From Candidatus Latescibacterota bacterium (lineage in GTDB: Bacteria; Latescibacterota; UBA2968; GCA-2709665), in contig CAXXJS010000008.1 of NCBI GenBank assembly GCA_963662665.2, positions 1 through 64,000 on the forward strand: 64,000 bases of DNA, in the 5' to 3' direction. This document shows positions 9,869-19,700 of this stretch, piece after piece (the stretch's first letter is position 1; the number at the start of each line of letters is the position of its first letter). The translations under genes and the position numbers were made by a program. The notes under the pieces were generated by a model, which did not search any database, had not been told where the DNA came from, and was given only the letters and a program-made list of their open reading frames with translations.

Positions 9869-10780
9869 TCAGGACACAACCGACCATCGCTCCCGTTCCC
9901 ATTGCTTCTGTCCAATCCTTTCCACGTAGGACTCGCCCTTGTGCTTCAGTAGCCATCCCTTGAGCGGTACATCGGCATCCGTCGGTTGCCACCATCCCTT
10001 CACATCCACCCCGTCACCCAGAAGCTGGCGTCGAATCGGATCGCATTTCTCGAGAATTTCGTCTGGTATCAGGTTGTAGTCCAATCCCCTGAGCCACCGA
10101 TAGCTGTAACCCAGAAACAACACCTTGCGCGTTGTATCGGACGTATTCAGACCCCGCGAATGCCATAAACGCCTGTCGAAGAGGACCGCCGTTCCGGCCT
10201 TTACCCGGACCTGCATCTCATCTTCGATCCCCGACGCTCCGGGCGACCCGTTTCCGCCCTCAGGCCAGCGTTCCGGGGGGACGTCGCGTTTGTGGCTGCC
10301 CGGAACGATGCGAATTCCGCCCCGGTCGGGCTCTCGTGTGTCGGACAGCCAGAATGCAACCTTCAGCGACAGCCGGGGATGCGGACGCTCCATTTCCGGT
10401 ACGGGGCGGCCGCCGTCCTGGTGCCATCCGCCGGTCTTCGTATCTGCTTTTTCGCGCGGCTCCTGCGGGTAGTAGATCAGGTGCGAAATATAGTGCTGGA
10501 CGTTCCAGCCCAAGATGTCCCAGATAAGCGGAAAGGTACGCGGCAGGTCCAGCAATTCAAGGAACGCGTCGTCTTCAACAATGGTTCGGAATTTATTCAC
10601 CATCTGACCGGGTCCGAGCCCCTGTTTTTCGCGCTCACGCGCATCGACGCGGTCACCGGCGTCCAGCAGCCGTTCCAGTTGGCCCTGGTCGAGCGCATTT
10701 TCAACAATCAGGAAGCCTTGCTGATCGAAGTGGTCCCGTTGTTCGTCCGTCATGCAATGGTCAAGACAGGTGATATCCAA
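9869..10780 (-). CDS. PhyH-family dioxygenase
   Basis: FDQQGFL, WHQD, VPGSH, LWHSRG.N...R. Confidence 0.9.
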   Translation of the reverse strand: MDITCLDHCMTDEQRDHFDQQGFLIVENALDQGQLERLLDAGDRVDAREREKQGLGPGQMVNKFRTIVEDDAFLELLDLPRTFPLIWDILGWNVQHYISHLIYYPQEPREKADTKTGGWHQDGGRPVPEMERPHPRLSLKVAFWLSDTREPDRGGIRIVPGSHKRDVPPERWPEGGNGSPGASGIEDEMQVRVKAGTAVLFDRRLWHSRGLNTSDTTRKVLFLGYSYRWLRGLDYNLIPDEILEKCDPIRRQLLGDGVDVKGWWQPTDADVPLKGWLLKHKGESYVERIGQKQWERERWSVVS

Positions 10781-10873
10781 TGTCTTTCCTCCGACTTACG
10801 CATTCGCTCTTGTTTCCCGGCACAGAATTGTCGCACAGTTCTTCGGGCGTTTCTCCCCGCAACCCCTCAACCC

Positions 10874-11112
10874 CGGGGGAGACGGGAGACGTGAGATGAT
10901 TTGAGTGCCCGATAGTTTTTCTTGTCGTTACAATAACGGTAAAATAACAGGCACGGGTTGTGTGGAAACACTGCGGAGAAAGTCATTCTCTTCCGTCTCA
11001 CCGGTTTTATTGCCTGCCTCGTGCGGTTTCATTTCTTGCCAGTGGCATCAGGGACGAACCAATCGGGCAAAGATGTCATCTACCGGCTCACCTCTTCCGT
11101 CTAACCGCCTTT
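10874..11112. repeat. MITE-like intergenic element with heptamer-repeat ends
   Basis: Ends gggagac-gggagac-gtgagat / catctaccg...ccgtctaaccgcctt; internal cores shared with 29841-29950, 32060-32187, 40530-40805 and 47141-47411. Confidence 0.7.
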
Positions 11113-11314
11113 CGTAGAATATCGTCCGGAACCCGGAGAAGGCAAGGACAAACGACGCGGGGGTCGCAGGGCATTCGCGTTGATTTTTTCGGACGCCGGC
11201 ATTAGATTGCGGCTCCCGCTGTGCCGAGGCGACCGTCACGCGCGTGCGATTCTTAACCTTGTACGGGAGAGAAAGCGGGCGAGGTCGTATTTTTTCATTG
11301 AGAGTGAGAGATTT

Positions 11315-12712
11315 GTGGCTTCAGACAGACCGAATGTCGTGTTCATTCTGACGGACGACCAGGGCGTCTGGGCGGCGGGGTGCTACGGCAATCCCGAGAT
11401 CCGTACCCCCAACATCGACCGGATCGCGAATGCCGGCGTGCGGTTTGATAATTTCTTCGTGGCAACGCCGGTCTGTTCCCCCAGCCGCGCGACCTTTCTG
11501 ACGGGACGCATCTCCTCACAGCACGGCGTTCACGATTGGATCAGGGGTGGAAACACAGGGCCTGATGCGGCTTCCTATCTGAAGGGAGAGGTGGCGTACA
11601 CCGACGTGCTGGCGGAACACGGATGGAACTGCGGGATCAGCGGCAAATGGCACCTTGGCAACAGCCAGATTTCTCAACATGGATTCGGGCACTGGTTCGT
11701 GCACCAGAGAGGCGGCGGCAGATACAACGATGCGCCGATGGTGAGAAACGGCGAACTGATTGATGCGCCGGGATACGTGACCAACGTGATTACGGACGAC
11801 GCGCTTGGATTCATTGATCGTCACGCGAAAGACGACGACCCGTTCTACCTGAGTGTACACTATACCGCACCGCACAGTCCATGGACCGGGCATCCGCAGG
11901 ACGTCGTGGATTCCTATGACGACTGCGCGTTCGAGTCATGTCCTCAGGAACCCCGACACCCATGGGCCATCGGATTGACGGACCAATGCCTGGGCAACCG
12001 CGAAATGTTGAAGGGATATTTCGCCGCGGTGACGGCGATGGACGCGGACGTGGGACGGATCCTGGACAGGCTGGAGTCGCAGGGTATTCGGAACGAGACG
12101 CTGGTTGTCTTCGTAAGCGATAACGGGTTCAGTTGCGGGCACCACGGCTTCTGGGGCAAAGGGAACGGCACGCGCCCCCTGAACATGTACGAGAATTCCA
12201 TTAAGGTGCCGGCCGTGATGAGCCATCCGGGACGAATCCCCGCAGGACTCGTGCAGCCCGCAATGGTAAGCGCGTATGACTTCATGCCCACGCTTCTGGA
12301 GTACCTGGGTCTGCCGCTTCCCGAGGGACGGAATCTGCCCGGCAGGAGTTTTCTTCCCGCTCTGCTCGGCCGCGAAGACTCCGGCCGGGAATCGGTGATC
12401 GTCTACGACGAATACGGCCCCACCAGAATGGTCAGGACGGAGGAATGGAAGTATATTCACCGCTACCCGGAAGGGCCGAACGAGCTCTACGACCTGGTGA
12501 ACGACCCGGGCGAACGCGAGAGTCTTGTGAACGATAGTGCTCAATCCTCGCGGATCCTTGCGATGCGCGCCATGCTCGAGGACTGGTTTTCAACCTATGC
12601 GGACCCTGAAAAAGACGGGCGCGAACTGTCCGTTACCGGCGGCGGCCAGCTGCGTCCGGTCGGAGGGGAATGGGAAGACGGCCAGGATGTTTTTCGTGGG
12701 AAGATTCCATAG
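11315..12712 (+). CDS. Cys-type sulfatase (family S1)
   Basis: RPNVVFILTDDQ, CSPSRATFLTG (CxPxR), GKWHLG, SDNG; GTG 11315 is the likely start. Confidence 0.93.
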   Translation: MASDRPNVVFILTDDQGVWAAGCYGNPEIRTPNIDRIANAGVRFDNFFVATPVCSPSRATFLTGRISSQHGVHDWIRGGNTGPDAASYLKGEVAYTDVLAEHGWNCGISGKWHLGNSQISQHGFGHWFVHQRGGGRYNDAPMVRNGELIDAPGYVTNVITDDALGFIDRHAKDDDPFYLSVHYTAPHSPWTGHPQDVVDSYDDCAFESCPQEPRHPWAIGLTDQCLGNREMLKGYFAAVTAMDADVGRILDRLESQGIRNETLVVFVSDNGFSCGHHGFWGKGNGTRPLNMYENSIKVPAVMSHPGRIPAGLVQPAMVSAYDFMPTLLEYLGLPLPEGRNLPGRSFLPALLGREDSGRESVIVYDEYGPTRMVRTEEWKYIHRYPEGPNELYDLVNDPGERESLVNDSAQSSRILAMRAMLEDWFSTYADPEKDGRELSVTGGGQLRPVGGEWEDGQDVFRGKIP

Positions 12713-12745
12713 GGTCTGATCCCGGACGAGCCGGTACTCGTGAGG

Positions 12746-12798
12746 GACCTCTCCCCCCGGCCCCCTCGGATAGAGCTATCAGCCGTCAGCCATCAGCT
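12746..12798. repeat. Short repeat gacctctccccccggcccct plus heptamer run agctatc-agccgtc-agccatc
   Basis: Inverted copies of the first motif at ~31951-31970 and ~47414-47433; heptamer motifs again at 31861-31878 and, inverted, at 32019-32037. Confidence 0.55.
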
Positions 12799-13095
12799 TG
12801 AAGCAAAAAACGAAAACCAATGGGGGTTCCTTGCCCAAGAGTCTCACGACCGTCCGGAGGTGGTGTGGGGGTTTTGTTTGAGGCAAAAAACGCACCGCAC
12901 ACGACCGGTTATTTGCTCTTCGTAGCAATCCTTTTCCTTTTGAATGTTGCGAGAGCCCGATTGTAGAAGTGACAGATGGAAAGGTCACCACCACCTCTTC
13001 CTTCTTCCCTTTACCCGATCCCTGGCGAAAGAGGACGAAGATGAAAAAACGGTGCCGGTTCTATCGTCAATAGATGTAACAGTGAGGAGTAACCT

Positions 13096-14730
13096 ATGAA
13101 CGTCGCTGATGCGGTAGCCCATATAATGAAGGCCGAAGGCGTGGAGTACCTGTTCGCCTATCCTGTGAATCCCCTTATCGAGGCGGCGGCGAAAGTGGAT
13201 ATCCGTCCCATTCTCGTCCGCCAGGAACGGATCGGCCTGCACATGGCCGACGCGCTGAGCCGCATGACGTCCGGTAAGCAGATCGGCGTCTTCTGTATGC
13301 AGAGCGGTCCCGGGGCCGAGAACGCATTCGGCGGGGTCGCACAGGCATACGGGGATTCGGCGCCGATACTCGTGCTGCCGCTGGGTTATTCCAGAGAGCT
13401 GACCAATGTGCAGCCGAATTTCAACTCGGCGCTGAATTACCGGCACGTGACCAAGCTTTCCGAGCAGGTGATCCTTTCGGAAACCGTGCCCGAAGTGATG
13501 CGGAGGGCATTCACGCAGGTGCGCAACGGCCGCCCGCGTCCGGTTCTGGTGGAGTTTCCCGGCGATGTATTCGACGAGGAAATTGCCGGCCCTCTCAACT
13601 ACCGTCCTGTCCCTTCGCTGAGGACCGGTCCGGACCCGCGCGACGTCGAGAAGGCTGCCGTAATGTTGCTGGACGCGCAACGGCCCGTAATCTATGCGGG
13701 GCAGGGCGTACACTACGCAGGAGCCTGGAAGGCCCTGCGGGACCTCGCGGAACTCCTCGAAGCGCCGGTCACAACGAGCCTGGGCGGGAAGAGCGCCTTT
13801 CCGGAGAACCACAGACTTTCATTGGGTTCAGGCGGCAGGTCCATCCCCAAACCCGTACACCATTTCCTGCAGGAGGCGGACCTGATCTTCGGGATCGGAT
13901 GCAGTTTCTCGCGCACCAATTTCGGGGTGGCCATGCCCGAGGGCAAACGCGTGATTCACGCCACGCTGGATTCGGCGGATATCAACAAGGACGTGGAAGT
14001 CGAACACGCCCTGGTGGGCGATGCGAAACTCACCCTCGAGGCGCTGGCGGAGGAAGTCCGTGGCCGCCTGGATGGACAGGACCGGGGCCGGGCGGACCAG
14101 GTGGCAAGCGAGATTGCATCCATAAAGCGCGAATGGCTCTCTCAGTGGATGCCGAAACTGACGCTGAACGAGGCGCCGCTATCACCGTATCGGGTGATCC
14201 GGGACCTGATGCAAACCGTGGACGTGCCGAATACGATCATCACCCACGACGCCGGCAGCCCGCGCGACCAGCTTTCGCCGTTCTGGGAGTCCCATACGCC
14301 GCTTTCCTACATCGGTTGGGGAAAGACGACCCAACTCGGTTACGGGCTGGGCCTTGCGATGGGCGCCAAGCTGGCCTGTCCGGACAAGCTGTGCATCAAC
14401 GTCTGGGGCGATGCCGCCATCGGCTTTACGGGGATGGACTTCGAGACGGCCGTCCGGGAACGGATACCGATTCTGTCGGTGCTGTTCAACAACTTCAGCA
14501 TGGCCATTGAGCTTCCGATTATGCCCGTCTCTACGGAAAAATACCGCAGCACGGATATTTCAGGGCATTATGCGGACATGGCGAAGGCATTCGGAGGCTA
14601 CGGAGAGCGCGTGGAGTCGCCCGACGATATCGTTCCGGCAATCGAGCGTGGAATCAGGAAGACGGAGGAAGGCGTTCCGGTGCTGCTGGAGTTCATCACG
14701 GCGAAGGAGATCGATTTCTCGCTTTTCTGA
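13096..14730 (+). CDS. Thiamine-pyrophosphate-dependent enzyme (acetolactate synthase-like family)
   Basis: RQE...MAD, SGPGAEN, GDAAIGF...NN TPP motif. Confidence 0.9.
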   Translation: MNVADAVAHIMKAEGVEYLFAYPVNPLIEAAAKVDIRPILVRQERIGLHMADALSRMTSGKQIGVFCMQSGPGAENAFGGVAQAYGDSAPILVLPLGYSRELTNVQPNFNSALNYRHVTKLSEQVILSETVPEVMRRAFTQVRNGRPRPVLVEFPGDVFDEEIAGPLNYRPVPSLRTGPDPRDVEKAAVMLLDAQRPVIYAGQGVHYAGAWKALRDLAELLEAPVTTSLGGKSAFPENHRLSLGSGGRSIPKPVHHFLQEADLIFGIGCSFSRTNFGVAMPEGKRVIHATLDSADINKDVEVEHALVGDAKLTLEALAEEVRGRLDGQDRGRADQVASEIASIKREWLSQWMPKLTLNEAPLSPYRVIRDLMQTVDVPNTIITHDAGSPRDQLSPFWESHTPLSYIGWGKTTQLGYGLGLAMGAKLACPDKLCINVWGDAAIGFTGMDFETAVRERIPILSVLFNNFSMAIELPIMPVSTEKYRSTDISGHYADMAKAFGGYGERVESPDDIVPAIERGIRKTEEGVPVLLEFITAKEIDFSLF

Positions 14731-14823
14731 TCGTTTCAATCGAATCGGCCGCTTCTTCTCAGGCGAAGCGCAAATCCGTGGCGCTTTGCAACGTCGGTTA
14801 CACAATCACACAGGAGGATTTTC

Positions 14824-15366
14824 TTGGGACGGACACAGACTTTCGGCCTGGCGGTCCTGATTGGTTTCGTGCTGTCTTGTGGCGAAGACAAACCCACGGA
14901 ACCGGTTCACGAACTGGTTGGTTCCTGGACCTACCAGGGATCCGATTTCAGTTCGACGGCTGCGAACAACCTGCAGGATTACCTGCTGAGTCAGGGCGTG
15001 GACCTTACGGCCGCGCAACAGTTCGTCGCAGAATTCAGGATCGAGGTGGATAGAGGCTTCCGTGAGACGGGCCTGGAAATCGTGCGATTCAATGAGGACC
15101 GGACCTACGAAGACAATTCGGGCAACTCGGGCGTCTGGTCGGTTCAGGGCGACGTGCTTACGATGGTGGAGGAAGACGGGTTTACCATTCAGTGTCAGTA
15201 CTTTATAGACGGCGAAGACCTGACGCTCATTCTGACCAAGGAGCGGTACCTGAACATCATCAGACAGACCGAAGGTGCGGTTGAACTCGACGCGGATACA
15301 CTGGCGCTTCTCGATATCCTGTTTGGCGACGGCGACTCGCTGAGACTCTTCTATAGGGCCAGATAA
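14824..15366 (+). CDS. Lipoprotein, paralog 1 of 3 (lipocalin-like beta domain)
   Basis: AGGAGG RBS, lipobox VLSC, ELVGSW motif, 180 aa. Confidence 0.8.
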   Translation: MGRTQTFGLAVLIGFVLSCGEDKPTEPVHELVGSWTYQGSDFSSTAANNLQDYLLSQGVDLTAAQQFVAEFRIEVDRGFRETGLEIVRFNEDRTYEDNSGNSGVWSVQGDVLTMVEEDGFTIQCQYFIDGEDLTLILTKERYLNIIRQTEGAVELDADTLALLDILFGDGDSLRLFYRAR

Positions 15367-15439
15367 CCGGCGGGAATTTCGCGCACCGGTCAAGTTCGGG
15401 CGCGAAGCTGAGATTGCGACACAGTTGGGGAATACACTG

Positions 15440-15982
15440 ATGATCCGGCTATCGGTTTTCGGCCTGGCATTGTTGATTGGTTTCGTGATCGCGTGCGGTG
15501 AAGACAAACCCACCGAGCCGGTCCACGAACTGGTTGGATCCTGGGCTTACCAGGGATCCGAATTCAGTGCCACCGCAGCCAGAAACCTGCAGAATTACAT
15601 GGTGAATCAGGGCCTGGACCTGACGGCCGCGGTGCGCCTGGTCACAGAATTCAGGAATGAGGTGGACAACGGCTTCAGGGATACGGGATTGGAGATCGTG
15701 CGTTTCAATCAGGACCGAACCTACGAAGATAATTCCGGCAATTCGGGAGTCTGGTCGGTTCAGGGCGACGTCCTCACGATGGCCGGCGAAGACGGGTTTA
15801 CGATTCAATGCCAGTACTTTGTGGACGCCCCAAACCTGACGCTCATCCTGAACAAGGAGCGGTACCTGAACGTCGTCAGGCAGGCGGAGGGTACGGTTGA
15901 GGTAGACCCGGATATACAGACGCTTCTCGATATTTTGTTCGGCGACGGGGACTCAATACGACTCTTCTATCGGGCCAGATAG
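15440..15982 (+). CDS. Lipoprotein, paralog 2 of 3
   Basis: Lipobox VIAC; colinear with paralogs 1 and 3; ATG 15440 gives 180 aa. Confidence 0.8.
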   Translation: MIRLSVFGLALLIGFVIACGEDKPTEPVHELVGSWAYQGSEFSATAARNLQNYMVNQGLDLTAAVRLVTEFRNEVDNGFRDTGLEIVRFNQDRTYEDNSGNSGVWSVQGDVLTMAGEDGFTIQCQYFVDAPNLTLILNKERYLNVVRQAEGTVEVDPDIQTLLDILFGDGDSIRLFYRAR

Positions 15983-16056
15983 CGGGCGAAATTTTTCGTA
16001 CGCCTGGCAAGTGCTGGCGCGAAGCTGAAGTTGCAACACAGAAGGAGTGCGTCCCG

Positions 16057-16599
16057 ATGAGCCGGCTATCGGTATTCGGACTGGCTATTCTTGTTGGCGT
16101 CGTGCTGTCCTGTGGGGACGAAAAACCCACCGAGCCGGTCCACGAACTGGTTGGGGCCTGGACGTACCGTGGAACCGATTTCGGTTCCACGGCAGCGGCA
16201 AACCTGCGCGATTACCTGCTGGCTCAAGGCTGGAACTCAACGGCCGCGCAACGCATGGTCGATGGATTCCGGAATGAGATGGAAGCCGGTTTCCGCGACA
16301 CCGGGCTGTCGACTGTACGGTTTAACGACGACAGAACGTACGAAGACAGATCCGGCACGAAGGGCGTATGGTCCTTACAGGGAGATGTTCTGACGATGGT
16401 CGGTGAGGACGGGTTTACGATTCAGTGTCAGTACGTTGTGGACGCCGACGACCTGACGCTTGTCCTGAACAAGGAACGATACCTGAATCTGATCAGGCAG
16501 TCCGGAAGTTCGGTTGAGATCGACCCGGATATACAGGCGCTTCTGGACATCATATTCGGAGACGAAAACACGCTCAGGCTGTTTTATAGGGCCACGTAG
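16057..16599 (+). CDS. Lipoprotein, paralog 3 of 3
   Basis: Lipobox VLSC; AAGGAG RBS; 180 aa. Confidence 0.8.
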   Translation: MSRLSVFGLAILVGVVLSCGDEKPTEPVHELVGAWTYRGTDFGSTAAANLRDYLLAQGWNSTAAQRMVDGFRNEMEAGFRDTGLSTVRFNDDRTYEDRSGTKGVWSLQGDVLTMVGEDGFTIQCQYVVDADDLTLVLNKERYLNLIRQSGSSVEIDPDIQALLDIIFGDENTLRLFYRAT

Positions 16600-16672
16600 C
16601 GAAACTGACCGGTTTCGGACCGGAGATTTCCGACCTCCGGAATCATGGACGATTCAGCAGGATCGAAACATC

Positions 16673-16711
16673 GCGCCTCCGGATGGGAAACATCCGGAGG
16701 CGCAAGCTTTT
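16673..16711 (+). terminator. Intrinsic terminator-like hairpin between convergent genes
   Basis: gcgcctccggatg-ggaaa-catccggaggcgc (13-bp perfect stem) then aagctttt. Confidence 0.7.
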
Positions 16712-16783
16712 GCCTCGAATCGTCGTGAACAAAGAGGCGGCGGTAGCGTAAAGCGGCGAAGAATAACGAATCATGGCTGATTT

Positions 16784-19700
16784 TCACTCCTGTGATTCAC
16801 CCGCCGTGATCCTGCGGAGAGTCAGGATGATGGGTTCGGACTTGTCGGTTCCGGCCTCCGGATGTTCGATCACACAATTGAGCGGAATCGTCCCCTCTGG
16901 TCCAATCGCAATCTTTGAAGTGGCAGGCAGGATGTAGGTGTCGGCCTGGGTGACGTCCACGGTGTAGCCCAGGTCGGCCATCGCCTGGATGGTGATCGCG
17001 CTGAGTGGAGCGGAACTGGACAATCCCGGCGTCATCAACTCGCTCTGCATGACGGATTGCCGCCAGTGGCTGTCCCGGCTGACCCCAGTCCGCCCACTGT
17101 TCTCCACAGGGACCTTGTTGCCCGTGTAGCTCGACCCGCCTGCCGCGTCGAAGGCGGTGATCGCCTTGGCGCCGGAGAAATAGGTATCCGGAGAGGGATT
17201 GATGGGAGTTCCGAATGGTCCCCTGGAGGGGTCCTTCAGCAGATCCAGATACGTCCAGGGATAGGTTCCGAATCCCAGGGCGTGGCCCATCTCGTGCAGC
17301 ACGGCGAGGTAATCGATCACGAAGCGGGTACCGAGCTGGATCTCGGATGCGAAGGGCAGGGAGGACGGGCTCCGATGCAACCTGGACGTGGCCGCCGCGA
17401 TCCCAACGTCCAGGCTGGTGGTTCTCACGTAGATCACGATGTCATCCACAACCTCGGGGGCGGTCGTCCCTGGAAAGAGCGTGTTCAGGTAGTCGCGGTT
17501 CCTGCTGGACAACTGCTGGTTGGGAAGATCGCCGGTGATGATCTCCTCCCAGCGCTCGGCCGCGTCCTCGGCATGGGATCGGTTCGTCGACGAGACGCTG
17601 CCGACGAAGACGAGGTCGATATCGAAGGAGGCCGTCCCGGACGTCGTCACCTCGTCGGTGGCGGAGCGCGAACCCGTCAGGCTGCCGCCGCAGGATGACC
17701 CAAGGTATCCGTAGTCCGCCTCATAGGTGGTGCCCGGCTCGAAGAAATCCGGTACCGCGTCCTGCAGCGACACCGAAATCGACTGCTGCGAATCCTCGTC
17801 ATTGGTCTCGGCATGACACCCCGTCGCCCAGGGCCCATGATTCGCTTTCTGGCGGATTCGTACATGGTAGGCCCGGGTTTCCTCGGCCGCGAAATCATCC
17901 GTGAAGGCCAGCGTGAAGAGGTTGCCGGTGATGGTCAGAGTGGGCGCCGAAAGGGTCGGTGTCTGGACCGTGACGTCGAACGTCTCCGAGTCGGATGCGC
18001 CGTATGGATCGCTCGCCGTCACCGTGATGGTCGCGCTGCCGGCCGACCCGGGATCCACAAGTACGCTTGTCCCGATCATCTGAACGGCTGCGGCCGTCGC
18101 ATTCCCGGACGACGCCGAATAGGTCAGCAGGTCGCCGTCCTGGCTGCCGAAGACGCCGCCTGTGGACACGATCTCGACGGCGCCTCCCACCGCCAGCGTG
18201 AGGTCGTCGAAGGTGCCGACGGCGACGGGAGGCTGGTTGGGGAGCTCGATCTCCGCCGAGGGTGACCACTCGCTGTCCCCCTCGTCGTTCTTCGCCTGCA
18301 CCTGCACCTCGTAGGAAACCCCCTTGGTCAGATTCTCGATCCGCGCGTCCAGGGTGGCGGACGTGTGCGTGGTCGTGGTGAAGTCGTCGCCGCTGTCCTT
18401 TTCGCGGTATTGTACTCCCCAGCCACTGATGTCCGGTCCGGTATTCGCCAGCGGCGCCCGCCCCCCCCGGCTCACCGCGATGGAGGGGGTAAACCCTCTG
18501 TAGAGACTCAGTCCGGGCGCGGGCGGGCGGCCGGGCGGCTCGTCCACGTCTCTCACATTGATGGCGACCTGCTGCTGCCCGGTCCGTTGCCGGGTGCCCA
18601 TGCCGCTGGTGACGGTGACCACGATCTCATTCCGGTTGCTGGTGCCTGCCGGACGTTCGAAGTCGGGTACATCGACGAAGGTGAGCTCGCCCCGTCCACT
18701 CCGGGTGGCGATCTCGAACAGCGCCCGGTCGCGGCCTCCGGTAAGCTCGTACCCGGTGATATAGTCCCTGGCATCCGGATCCGTCCCCACTATGGAAATG
18801 GTCCCTGTGAAGTTTTCCGCCACGGTCTGGGAATTGTGGAAGATGGACGGAGGACTGTTGGCGGTGACCGTGGTTTCGGTGACGTTCACCGTCACGTCAT
18901 CGGCGGTCACCCCCGTATAGCCGCCGCTGACGGTGTGGGTGAGGGTGACCTCGTCGTCATCGGTGTCGGTGTCGGCGGTGGAGCTCACCGTCACGGTCTG
19001 TGGGTCATCCCAGTTGTCGGTGGTGAAGGTCAACGGCGACGGGTTCGCGGTGACATCGGCGTCCGAAGGCACGGTCACCGTGACCGTCACGTCGGCGGTG
19101 GGCTGCATGGTCAGTACCACCGTGTAGGTGTCGCTGTCGTCCTCGGCCATGGTCAGTTCCGTGGGATAGATCTCCACGCCGGATTCGGCGTCGATGACGA
19201 CCAGCGGCAGGTCATCGGACCGCACCAGCTCGTACCCGTTATCGCCCGACGGGAGGGAAGGCAGCGCCACGATATCGATGGTGACCGCCGCGCTGGTTCC
19301 GGAGGTTCGGGAGACAGAGAGGGCGTCGCTCACGACACTGCCCTGGGGGATGGTGATGCTTGTCGCGCCACTGCCGATGTCGCCGTTGGAGAGCCGCAGC
19401 GGCAGGACCATGTCAAAGGGCGCGCCGGTATGGGCCCTGGCAACGAACTGGTCCGTTCCGGACGCTTCCAGTGACACGGCAATCGGCAAGGGGTCAACCG
19501 GGTTCCACTGAAGCTGGAGCGTGGAAAGCGCCGTCAGCCCCTCGAAAGCGCTGTCCGGCAGTGACGACAGGTCCCATTGCCTCAGGTCCAGCGATCTCAG
19601 TTCCGTCAGCCCGGAAAGCAGGTCCGCCGGCAGGGTGGAGATGTCGTTGGTCCTCATGTTCAGCGTTCTCAGTTCCGTCAGTGCGGAAAAGACGGTTGCC

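Noticed and set aside
12800-13095. TPP riboswitch before the TPP-dependent enzyme
   Set aside because: The conserved GCUGAGA and CUGAU...AAU...GGGA elements were not found.
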